Assembly (NCBI RefSeq): GCF_027257935.1
Contig: NZ_JANZKW010000001.1
Coordinates: 1,124,062-1,156,061 of the forward strand
DNA from: Chitinimonas sp. BJYL2
GTDB lineage: Bacteria > Pseudomonadota > Gammaproteobacteria > Burkholderiales > Chitinimonadaceae
Reading direction: 5' to 3'
DNA length: 32,000 bases
Below are positions 21,311 to 29,450 of this stretch, piece by piece. Position 1 is the stretch's first letter. Each line of letters starts with the position of its first letter. Below the pieces are notes generated by a model, which did no database searches, was not told where the DNA came from, and saw only the letters and a program-made list of their open reading frames with translations. A program made the translations under genes and the position numbers.

Positions 21311-24163
21311 TTACTTGAAGTCGTAGCGAAGCGAGACCGAGTAGGTGCGGCCGCGTGGGTCGGCTACACGTGGGTCCCAGCCGGCACCGATGACGCCGTC
21401 CACATTGTGCCAGGTGAACTCGGGTTGACGATCGAACACATTGAGCACGGTTCCCGTAATCGTCATGCCCTTGATGCCTGTGTACGAAGTGACCAGGTTT
21501 GCCGTGGTGTGGGACGAAATGTCGCGCTTGGTTGGCGATACGAGCGTATAGCTGCTGCGATCTTCATCCTCGTAACCATCACGGTAGTTGACCGACACCG
21601 TGCTGTTCCAGGGACCCGAGCGGTAGCCGGTGCTGGCGGTCAGGCGCAAGGGCAGATACAGGTTGGTATTGGTCCACTTGCCTACGTACTCCACCATGGG
21701 CGCGGTTTTCAGCAGTTGCTCCTTATGGCTGAGCATCTTGGTGCCCGACACCGACGTGCTGACGCGCCCGCCAAAGGCATTCATCGCGTGCTGAACGCCA
21801 AAGTCGATACCCTTCGTCTCGCTGGACGCTGCGTTGATCCAGCCGGCTTGAACGTACTGCACCACGCCGCTGGCATCACGCACGAAGTTGCCGCGGAACA
21901 GATCGTAGTTCTGGATCATGTTGGTGACACTGAGCTGGCGGATACGGTCTTCGAGCTTGACTTGCCAGTAATCGGCGAAGATTTGCAGATCACGCGCCGG
22001 CGACAGCACGAAACCGGCCGTGGCTTGCTTGGACAGCTCCGGTGTCAGTGTGGGGTTACCGCCCTGGCGATAGGGAAGACCGGCGCGGTTACACTGGGTG
22101 GCATCCTTGGGATTGTTGATATCGGCGCACAGCTCAGGGTCACGATAGGCACCCGTCAAGTTCAGCTCAGTGGAGCCCAGTTTGACTTGCTGCGGTGTGG
22201 GCGCGCGGAAGCCCGTGTTCGCCGATGCGCGGATGAGCACTTCCGGTGTGGGGGTGAACTTGAAGCCGATCTTGGGATTGGTGGTGCCGCCGATGGACTG
22301 GTACTCGTCATGGCGTGCCTGCAAGGTCACTTCGAGCGTCTGGCTCGGGCGCACTACCAATTCACCGTAAACGGCGCCGATGTCGCGGCTCAGCTTGGGC
22401 GAAGAGGCGTTACCGGCACAACCCATGACCGAGTTCGACAGTGCCGCGTTGGCGGTGCTGAACGAGGACACGCAGTTGTAGGCAGTGACACCGGAGAACT
22501 CATAGGTCTCCTGGCGCAGGTTGAGGCCGACGGCAAAGTCAAACTCGGCGCCAAAGAACGTGCCCAGATTGCCGGACAGGGTGGCATCGGCTTGCTTGAC
22601 GCTGGTCTTGCCGCCAGACAGGCGACCCCTGACCTGCATGTCCTCGATCGCTGCTTGCACGGCAGCACTTTGCGTTTCGCCCGGATTCAGGAACGGGTTG
22701 TACTGGCCCGAGGAGAGCAGGGTGATCAGCTTCTTGGTGTCGGCATAACCTTGCTTGAGTTGGGTCGACGCCTCCGCCGAGCCTGCACCCACGCCGATCG
22801 AGTAATCATAGGCGCCGATCGTGCCGTCCAGCGTGGCTTGTACCCGCAGGTTCTCGGAGATGTTGGTATTCCGGCGGAACCCCCAGTCCATCATGTTCAG
22901 GCGATAGGCTATGGGCTTGGTCGGGTCGAACTGGGTGGCACCGACGAGCGCGCGCATATCGAGATAATGCGGGCTGCTCGGTTGGAGATGCGTGACAGCG
23001 TTGCTGGTGGTGGAGAACTGGAACGGTGCGTACTCGCCATCCACCTCAGTGCGCGAGCCAACGACTTCGATCGAGGCGGTATGGTCACCCAACTGCATCG
23101 TGCCCTTGATCAGGCCGTTGGCGGCCTGTTTCGGTGCGGCCAGCATGTAGGTACGGCCATAATCGCGCGTGCAGCGATATTGTGAGTTGGCCTTGGTGTA
23201 GCCGAAGTTGTCCCAGATGGTTGTGTTGGGTGCCAGGGGAACCTGGTACGGCAGTTCTTCGCAACGACCCTGAATGGCCAGCAGATTCAGGTTGGTATAA
23301 CGCGTCGGATCGGTGGCGCCTACGACTGTGCCATCATCCGCGGTACCCGCTCCGTTCGGGTTGAGCGCCGTTCCCGCCGACATGATGATGTTCGCATGAT
23401 AGGAACTCGTCGAATCCGGGGTCAGGTAGCGATGGGGTTGGTAGCCTGTTGCCCATTCGCGATCGATGCCACGCAGGATCTTGTTGTCGTCCAGTGTCAG
23501 GCTGCCCATCAGGTTGAAGCCATCATTGGCCAGGTTGCCCACGCCACCCGTGACCGATACGCGGCTCTGTTGTCCGCCACCCGATGCTTCCGGGGAGCTG
23601 TAGCTACCTCTCAGGGCAAGACCTTCATAACTCTTGCGTGTGATGAAGTTGATCACGCCACCTATGGCATCGGTACCGTAAATGGCCGATGCGCCATCCT
23701 TGAGCGTTTCAACGCGCTCAATGGCGTCCATGGGGATGGCGTTGAGATCGACAGAGCCGCCGCTGGTGCCATGCGTGGAGACACGTCGACCATTGAGCAG
23801 TACCAAGGTACCGGTCGGGCCGAGGCCGCGCAGGTTGGCGTTGGCTGCACCGCCGGTGAGGCGATCCTGATCTGCACCGAACACGGTATTGGTCGACACC
23901 GGGTTGTTGGCCCCGGCCACGTTGGCGGCGAGCTGGTTGACCAGCTGATCTGCGCTGGTGATACCCAGCTGTTCGATCTGAACGCGGGTCAGTGTCTCAA
24001 CCGGCAGCGCCTTGTCGTTGGCAGCACGCTTGATGCTGGAGCCTGTGATCTGGATTTTCTCGGTTTTGGCAGGCTTGTCGGTGCCGACCTCCTCGGCCGC
24101 GGCCCAAGCTGGGCTCAGCAGACCAACAGCGGTCAGGCACTGCACTACAGTCTTCAACTTCAT
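21311..24163 (-). CDS. TonB-dependent outer-membrane receptor (large, about 950 aa; oligosaccharide-type by N-terminal features)
   Basis: Signal peptide MKLKTVVQCLTAVGLLSPAWA/AAE. TonB-box-like EKIQITGSSIKR. Plug motifs VETLKDGASAIYGTDAIGGVINFITR and NLRGLGPTGTLVLLNGRR. Long beta-barrel ending SVSLRYDFK. SD AGGGAG lies 5 nt upstream of the ATG. Confidence 0.9.
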   Translation of the reverse strand: MKLKTVVQCLTAVGLLSPAWAAAEEVGTDKPAKTEKIQITGSSIKRAANDKALPVETLTRVQIEQLGITSADQLVNQLAANVAGANNPVSTNTVFGADQDRLTGGAANANLRGLGPTGTLVLLNGRRVSTHGTSGGSVDLNAIPMDAIERVETLKDGASAIYGTDAIGGVINFITRKSYEGLALRGSYSSPEASGGGQQSRVSVTGGVGNLANDGFNLMGSLTLDDNKILRGIDREWATGYQPHRYLTPDSTSSYHANIIMSAGTALNPNGAGTADDGTVVGATDPTRYTNLNLLAIQGRCEELPYQVPLAPNTTIWDNFGYTKANSQYRCTRDYGRTYMLAAPKQAANGLIKGTMQLGDHTASIEVVGSRTEVDGEYAPFQFSTTSNAVTHLQPSSPHYLDMRALVGATQFDPTKPIAYRLNMMDWGFRRNTNISENLRVQATLDGTIGAYDYSIGVGAGSAEASTQLKQGYADTKKLITLLSSGQYNPFLNPGETQSAAVQAAIEDMQVRGRLSGGKTSVKQADATLSGNLGTFFGAEFDFAVGLNLRQETYEFSGVTAYNCVSSFSTANAALSNSVMGCAGNASSPKLSRDIGAVYGELVVRPSQTLEVTLQARHDEYQSIGGTTNPKIGFKFTPTPEVLIRASANTGFRAPTPQQVKLGSTELNLTGAYRDPELCADINNPKDATQCNRAGLPYRQGGNPTLTPELSKQATAGFVLSPARDLQIFADYWQVKLEDRIRQLSVTNMIQNYDLFRGNFVRDASGVVQYVQAGWINAASSETKGIDFGVQHAMNAFGGRVSTSVSGTKMLSHKEQLLKTAPMVEYVGKWTNTNLYLPLRLTASTGYRSGPWNSTVSVNYRDGYEDEDRSSYTLVSPTKRDISSHTTANLVTSYTGIKGMTITGTVLNVFDRQPEFTWHNVDGVIGAGWDPRVADPRGRTYSVSLRYDFK

Positions 24164-24697
24164 GGTATCTCCCTGTTTGGCACTGAATCAGAACTACGAA
24201 TTGTTTGACGGCAATCTCACTGCTGACCGGTCGACGTACAGCACATGCTTGTGGGCGGCTGCGTGTCCATTTGTCCTGCCCGGAAAGGATGGTTTGATCC
24301 CTTGGCAAGCACAGACTAGTGAGCAATATTTTCCTCTGCCCAATGCCGGCTTGGGTCTGATCCATAGCTTTGTGTTATGTGCTGCCACTGCCGAGCCGCT
24401 GCATGCAGGCCGACTCGGCCAGATCGCCTTGATGGCAGGGCTTGGCGCCATGCCGGGCGGGTTCGGGAGGCATTGTCGGCATGTTGGCTACAATCGGCAT
24501 TCAGCCACGCGACATGTTGGCGAGGCGCAACACTTATCGTGGTATCCAGCTGACGCGCACAGACGGATAGACTGCGGTTATGGCGTGTCACGTTCGCTTA
24601 TTTGGGCCGTTCGCACGCTCTCTCTTAGTCTTCGTCACATCAGCGCGACACAAAAGCCGTCTGCCCAAGCCGCTACAGAGTCAGGATTGTTAGCTCC

Positions 24698-25630
24698 ATG
24701 AACCCGCCCCTCCGACTGTCTTGCCTGCTCCTTGCTGTACTTCTCGCAGGTTGTGCGCAAATCGCCCCCCCGCCAGGCGGCATCCTGCCGGCCAACGCCA
24801 TGGTGGACCAGCCCTCGGCCAATGCGAACGAGCGCGTCCGCTTTCTGGTCATGCATTTCACCGTCAGCGATTTCGCGCTCTCGCTCAAGGTGCTCACACA
24901 GCCCGTCGTTGGCCACGAGGTCAGCTCGCATTACCTGATCCCCGAGGATAAGGATGCGAGCTATGGCGAGCAGGACCTCAAGGTGTATCGCCTGGTCTCG
25001 GAAGCCCGGCGTGCCTGGCATGCCGGGCCCTCGCGCTGGGAGGACCGGGTCAATCTCAATGACCACTCGATCGGCATCGAAAACGTCAATCGCGCCCGCT
25101 GTGCCGAGCCGGAGACGCCGGCAGACGGCCTGCTGCCCGAGGACCCGCAGCTATGCTTCTTCCCGGACTTTTCGCCCAGGCAGATCGAACTGCTGATCAA
25201 GCTCAGCAAGGACATCCTTGCCCGTAACCCCGATATCACGCCGACACGGGTGGTTGGCCATGCGGATATCGCTCCGCAGTACAAAAGTGACCCCGGCCCC
25301 CGCTTTCCTTGGGAGTTGCTGGCCCGCAACGGCATCGGTGCCTGGTATGACGACGCCACGGTGATCAAGCACTGGAAGGCACTCAAGGGTGTACAACCCG
25401 ATGTCGCCATGCTGCAGCGGGCGCTCAAGGCCTATGGCTACGGGATTGAAGTGACCGGACTCTATGATCTGCAGACCCGTCAGCACCTGATGGCCTTCCA
25501 GGCCCACTTCAATCAGAGCGAGGTTACCGGCAAGCCCACACGGCATACGCTGGCCAAGGCACTGGCCTTGGTCGAAAAGTACTTCCCGGCCAAGCTTGAT
25601 GCCGTGCTCAGTGGTAAAAGCGCGCCTTGA
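24698..25630 (+). CDS. amiD: N-acetylmuramoyl-L-alanine amidase, AmiD-like lipoprotein (Amidase_2 domain plus C-terminal peptidoglycan-binding-like domain)
   Basis: Lipobox LLAGC at residues 15-19. Amidase_2 motifs SSHYLI, RAWHAG, HSIGIEN, VVGHADIAPQYKSDPGPRFPWELL. C-terminal VAMLQRALKAYGYGIEVTGLYDLQTRQHLMAFQAHF resembles a PG_binding_1 repeat. Confidence 0.85.
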   Translation: MNPPLRLSCLLLAVLLAGCAQIAPPPGGILPANAMVDQPSANANERVRFLVMHFTVSDFALSLKVLTQPVVGHEVSSHYLIPEDKDASYGEQDLKVYRLVSEARRAWHAGPSRWEDRVNLNDHSIGIENVNRARCAEPETPADGLLPEDPQLCFFPDFSPRQIELLIKLSKDILARNPDITPTRVVGHADIAPQYKSDPGPRFPWELLARNGIGAWYDDATVIKHWKALKGVQPDVAMLQRALKAYGYGIEVTGLYDLQTRQHLMAFQAHFNQSEVTGKPTRHTLAKALALVEKYFPAKLDAVLSGKSAP

Positions 25631-25647
25631 GCGTGCCCGGATAGCCG

Positions 25648-26586
25648 ATGCTCGCCCCCGCTGATCATCCCGCGACATCGTCCCGGCTAGGTTTGGGGCT
25701 CGATGTGGGGGGAACCGAGACCCGCTGGGCACTGGCTGACCCGGACGGCTCGCTGATTGCCGAAGGCGCCATGCCGGGTTTCAGCGGACTGGACCTGCAG
25801 CGTCCGGAGGGTGAGGTGCAGGTTGCCGATTTGCTGACCGCGCTGGCCGCCAGCCTGCCTCATGGGGCAAGGCCCGTTCGCTTGGTGGCCGGGGTAACCG
25901 GCATGGGCGAACCCGAGGGGCCGGTGGCCGTGCGCTTGCGTGGCCTGCTCGCCCGTGCGCTGCAACTCGATGCCGACGTGATCCGGCTCTTCAGTGATAT
26001 CGAGCTTGCCTACCGTAGCGTTTTCGGACCCGGTGAGGGCTATCTGGTTTACGCAGGAACAGGCTCGATTGCGGCCTTTGTCGATGAGGCCGGCATCTTC
26101 CATCGTGCAGGTGGTTATGGCGGCCTGCTGGATGACGCCGGCAGCGGTTACTGGATTGCCCGAGAAGCGCTCAGGCAAATATGGCGCACCGAGGACGAAG
26201 AACCTGGTGCCTGGCAGCGATCCATGCTGGCGCAAGCACTGTTTGCACGCATCGGCGGCAGTGACTGGTCCAGTTCGCGCGCATTTGTGTATGGCGCCAA
26301 TCGGGGTGAGATCGGCAAGCTGGCCCTGGCGGTTGCCGAGGCCGGTGATGCGGACCCGCTGGCGCACGACATACTCTGGTCTGCCGGCGCGGAGCTTGCC
26401 CGCTTGGCGGGCGCACTGATCCATCGTTTCGGGCCCCGGCCCGTGGTGCTGTCTGGCCGGGCCGCCGGACTGCACCCCGTCATCGAGACCGCCATGCGGG
26501 AATGTCTGCCTGCCAATGTGGCACTGCAGCGGAGCACGCTGGCCGCGCACCATGCAGCCGCTCGCCTGGCAGTACAAGCCCGCTAG
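25648..26586 (+). CDS. BadF/BadG/BcrA/BcrD-type ATPase, N-acetylglucosamine-kinase-like sugar kinase
   Basis: LGLDVGGTETRWALAD phosphate-1 motif, YAGTGSIAA, GGLLDDAGSGYWIAREAL (GxxxGDxGSxxxIxxxA pattern of this family). 312 aa. The start is uncertain: ATG at 25648 lacks an SD, and an in-frame TTG just before GLDVGG is an alternative. Confidence 0.75.
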   Translation: MLAPADHPATSSRLGLGLDVGGTETRWALADPDGSLIAEGAMPGFSGLDLQRPEGEVQVADLLTALAASLPHGARPVRLVAGVTGMGEPEGPVAVRLRGLLARALQLDADVIRLFSDIELAYRSVFGPGEGYLVYAGTGSIAAFVDEAGIFHRAGGYGGLLDDAGSGYWIAREALRQIWRTEDEEPGAWQRSMLAQALFARIGGSDWSSSRAFVYGANRGEIGKLALAVAEAGDADPLAHDILWSAGAELARLAGALIHRFGPRPVVLSGRAAGLHPVIETAMRECLPANVALQRSTLAAHHAAARLAVQAR

Positions 26587-26627
26587 CCAAGCAGCTACAC
26601 TTCGGGCTCGTTTTGTGGAGCCCGATC

Positions 26628-27104
26628 ATGTCGCAGACAACCCCCCATCTGATGGCTGCCTTCATCGCGCCCGAATCCGGCGCGCCCATGCAAGCTTGCC
26701 AAACGCTGACCCTGATCGCCGGTGAGGGCATCGTTGGTGACCGCTATCGCGGTCGCGAGCAGGATTATCCAGGCCAGAACCTGACGCTTATCGAGGCGGA
26801 GGTCATTGAGGCCTTCAATGCCGAGCACGGCACGTCCATCAGTCTGGATGCCAGCCGCCGTAATCTCGTAACCCGCGGTATCCGCCTCAACGAACTGGAA
26901 GGTCGTACATTCCGTATCGGCAATGTACGGCTCCATGGCGTGGAGTTATGCGACCCCTGCCTGACCCTGGGCGAGAATCTGGCCCACACCGGGCTCACCC
27001 CGCCGCAAGTGGTCAAGGCCTTCGTCAAGCGCGGTGGTTTGCGTGTGGATGTACTGGATAACGGAGCGGTATCCGTAGGCGATACCATCGTTGTGAACGA
27101 TTGA
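26628..27104 (+). CDS. MOSC domain-containing protein
   Basis: From the ATG at 26628, with GGAG 7 nt upstream: MSQTTPHLMAAFIAPESGAPMQACQTLTLIAGEGIVGDRY...NLTLIEAEVIEAFN...SRRNLVTRGIRLNELEGRTFRIGNVRLHGVELCDPC. This is the typical MOSC beta-barrel with its conserved Cys. The track start at 26502 overlaps the kinase gene. Confidence 0.8.
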   Translation: MSQTTPHLMAAFIAPESGAPMQACQTLTLIAGEGIVGDRYRGREQDYPGQNLTLIEAEVIEAFNAEHGTSISLDASRRNLVTRGIRLNELEGRTFRIGNVRLHGVELCDPCLTLGENLAHTGLTPPQVVKAFVKRGGLRVDVLDNGAVSVGDTIVVND

Positions 27105-27156
27105 CCCGGTAGTGCAGCCGGGCTGCGGGCCGCTTGCCTGAGGGGGATGCCTTGGC

Positions 27157-27570
27157 TCAGACAAAGAGCCGGGCGTATTCCACCATGATGCAGCGATCCA
27201 TCACCACCAGCATGCCGGCTGCAGCCGCGCGTTCGGCGGCCGCTTCGTGGATGATGCCCTGTTGCAGCCAGATCGCCGGGGCGCCGATGGCAATGGCGTC
27301 GGTGACGATGGCGTCGACCTCCTCGGCACGGCGGAACACATTGACCAAGTCGACCTTGCCGGGCACGGCCAACAGATTGGCATAGGCTGGCTGGCCCAGC
27401 ACTTCGGTTATCGCCGGCCGCACCGGCACAATGTCGAAGCCCCAGCGCTGCATCTGCAGGGAGACGCGGTAACTGGGGCGGCTTATGTTGGGCGAGAGGC
27501 CGACGACGGCGATGCGGCGGGTCGTCTGCAGCAGGGTGCGCAGTTGTGCGTCGGAAGGCGGTGTGTACAT
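27157..27570 (-). CDS. CoA-binding domain protein (YccU/YneT-like)
   Basis: 137 aa. RRIAVVGLSPNISRPSYRV...VPV...VDLVNVFRRAEEVDAIVTDAIAIGAPAIWLQQG matches the small CoA_binding_2 Rossmann family. Confidence 0.8.
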   Translation of the reverse strand: MYTPPSDAQLRTLLQTTRRIAVVGLSPNISRPSYRVSLQMQRWGFDIVPVRPAITEVLGQPAYANLLAVPGKVDLVNVFRRAEEVDAIVTDAIAIGAPAIWLQQGIIHEAAAERAAAAGMLVVMDRCIMVEYARLFV

Positions 27571-27612
27571 GACCGCATGATGCCACGGGTCTGCCGCAGC
27601 AGCGGCATCAGC

Positions 27613-28143
27613 CTAGATCAGTGCGAACGATAGCCCTGCCAGCAGTGCGCCCAGCGTGGCACCGGCCAGCACATCGCTGGGGTAGTGCAGGCCCAGCACT
27701 GGCCGCGACAAGGCCACCAGGGCGGTGAATGGCAGCAGCAAACCAGCCAGACCGGGGTAGTAGGCCAGCGCGATCAGCGTAAAGCTGACGGCGTGCAGCG
27801 TGTGGCCCGAGGGAAAGCTGTATTCGTCGAGCACATCGCAGGCGCGGTGGATGGCGTCCGAGCGCATGAAGGGGCGCGGTCGCGAGGTCTTGTGCTTGAG
27901 CCATTTGTACAGCGCTAGCCCGACCAAGCCCACGACCACCATCTGCAGCACCGGGACCAAGGCGGCGCGGCCCTGCACCAGCAGCAGACAGGCCATCAGC
28001 CCGTACCAGAACACGCCATTGCCGAGCCGGCTGATCACGGCAAAGAAGCCGCGCCAGAAGGCGATGCGGCTGGCTCGATTGCAGCGCGCGGTCATGCGCT
28101 GGTCCAAGTCCAGCCAGTCGGCGCGCGTGTGGGGCAGGCGCAT
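27613..28143 (-). CDS. PAP2-family (type 2 phosphatidic acid phosphatase-like) membrane phosphatase
   Basis: From the ATG (complement of 28141-28143), 176 aa. All three PAP2 motifs are present: KHKTSRPRP (Kx6RP), FPSGH (PSGH), SRPVLGLHYPSD (SRx5Hx3D). The track ORF extends to 28557, but that part is out-of-frame overlap with the GT gene. Confidence 0.88.
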   Translation of the reverse strand: MRLPHTRADWLDLDQRMTARCNRASRIAFWRGFFAVISRLGNGVFWYGLMACLLLVQGRAALVPVLQMVVVGLVGLALYKWLKHKTSRPRPFMRSDAIHRACDVLDEYSFPSGHTLHAVSFTLIALAYYPGLAGLLLPFTALVALSRPVLGLHYPSDVLAGATLGALLAGLSFALI

Positions 28144-28145
28144 GA

Positions 28146-29318
28146 TCAACCCTCCATCTGCGCGACGCGGGTGGTCGGGTCGTTGGGCCGGCGGTGGCTG
28201 GCCAGTGCGGCTTGTGCCACGGTTTCGAACTGGCTTACCACGCTGTCCCAGCTGATCGCCTCGGCCGTCTGCCGCGCGGCTTTGCCCAGTTCGCGCATCA
28301 CTTGCGGGTGGCTGGCGGCGTAGCTGGCCTGTTCGATGAAGCCGGCGTCGTCGTCGAACTCGGCCACCAAGCCGTTGACGTTGTGGCGCAGGTGCGCGCG
28401 CGCCGAGGCATAGTCGTACGCCACCACGCCAAGACCGCTGGCCATCGCCTCGATGGTGACGTTGCCGTAGGTCTCCGTGGTGCTGGGAAACAGGAATACA
28501 TCGGCTGACGCATAGTGCTGCGCCAGCGCCTCGCCATGCTGCATGCCGGTAAAGCACTGCTCCGGATGAGCGGCTTGCAGAGCGGTGCGCTCGGGGCCGT
28601 CGCCTGTCCAGACCAGCTGGCTGTCGGGGCGGATGGCTTTCATGGCGCGGAAGGCAGCGAGTACCAGCGGCAGATTCTTTTCGGGTGCCATGCGGCCCAC
28701 ATAGCAGGCCACCAGCGTATCCGGGCCGGCGCCCCAGCTGGCGCGCAGCGAGGGCGAGCGGCGAGCGGGATCAAACAGCTGCGTGTCCACGCCACGCGCC
28801 ACAATCTGCAAGCCGGTAAAGCCCTGTGCGGCGAGCTGGTCGCGCACATCGCTGCTGGGTACCAGCGTGGCTAGATTGCGGTTATGGAACTGGCGCAGAT
28901 AGCCCCGCAGCGGCCGTTCCAGCCAAGCCATGCCGTAGTGTTCGCTGTAGGTGTGGAAGTTGGTATGGAATTCCGAAATCGCCGCGATGCCGAGTTGGCG
29001 GGCTGCGCGCAAGGCGCTCCAGCCTAACGGCCCTTCGGTGACCGCCACAACCAAGTCGGGCCGCTGCGCGCGCCATAGCGCCGCGAGACGCCGCGTGGCC
29101 GGCAAGCCGAAGCGCAGTTCGGGGTAGTTGGGGATGCGCAGGCCGCGCACCAGCGTGTCGTCGCTTGCGCCGCCATCGTGCGCCTGACGCGGACGGATCA
29201 CACTGATCTGGTGGCCGCGTGCACGCAGGCCGGCAACCATGCGCCCGAGTGTCATGGCAACGCCGTTGACCTCGGGCGGGTAGGTTTCGGTGACGAAAGT
29301 GATGGCAAGTCGCTTCAT
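28146..29318 (-). CDS. GT4-family (group 1, retaining) glycosyltransferase
   Basis: MKRLAITFVTETYPPEVNGVAMTL N-terminus (GT4 glycosyl-transferase N-domain pattern). EX7E motif in FPSTTETYGNVTIEAMASGLGVV. 390 aa from the ATG at 29318. The stop is separated from the PAP2 ATG by 2 nt. Confidence 0.88.
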   Translation of the reverse strand: MKRLAITFVTETYPPEVNGVAMTLGRMVAGLRARGHQISVIRPRQAHDGGASDDTLVRGLRIPNYPELRFGLPATRRLAALWRAQRPDLVVAVTEGPLGWSALRAARQLGIAAISEFHTNFHTYSEHYGMAWLERPLRGYLRQFHNRNLATLVPSSDVRDQLAAQGFTGLQIVARGVDTQLFDPARRSPSLRASWGAGPDTLVACYVGRMAPEKNLPLVLAAFRAMKAIRPDSQLVWTGDGPERTALQAAHPEQCFTGMQHGEALAQHYASADVFLFPSTTETYGNVTIEAMASGLGVVAYDYASARAHLRHNVNGLVAEFDDDAGFIEQASYAASHPQVMRELGKAARQTAEAISWDSVVSQFETVAQAALASHRRPNDPTTRVAQMEG

Positions 29319-29450
29319 GCCGCTGCAGCGTGCGCGGGCTGCGTGTCGCATCGGTGACGGCTGCATGAAGCTTTGATGACGCGGGACGGGCGGTGTGGCA
29401 CCGGGTAGCTTGGGCTAAGCGCCAGCAAAGCCAAAGCTACCCGTCCGGGT

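Noticed and set aside
24164-24480. Cobalamin or other riboswitch in the long leader of the TonB-dependent receptor. A GCCACTG B12-box-like heptamer occurs at 24384-24390.
   Set aside because: The heptamer is on the plus strand, whereas the receptor is transcribed from the minus strand. I could not find the other conserved cobalamin-riboswitch elements (GGGAA, GGTG..AA.CC pairing regions) on either strand. A covariance-model scan would be needed to exclude other RNA families.
24163-24546. Two copies of TGGTATC (24163-24169 and 24540-24546), reminiscent of my vague recollection of a GntR-type NagQ operator repeat (TGGTATT) in betaproteobacterial GlcNAc regulons.
   Set aside because: The copies are about 375 bp apart rather than tandem, and one overlaps the receptor start codon. 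I am not certain of the published motif. Two post-hoc 7-mer matches in 534 bp are weak evidence.
27105-27156. Short GC hairpins (CCCGG..CCGGG and GCAGC-CGG-GCTGC) between the convergent MOSC and CoA-binding genes, as possible terminators.
   Set aside because: The stems are only 5 bp with minimal loops and no flanking U/A tracts, which is too weak to call an intrinsic terminator.
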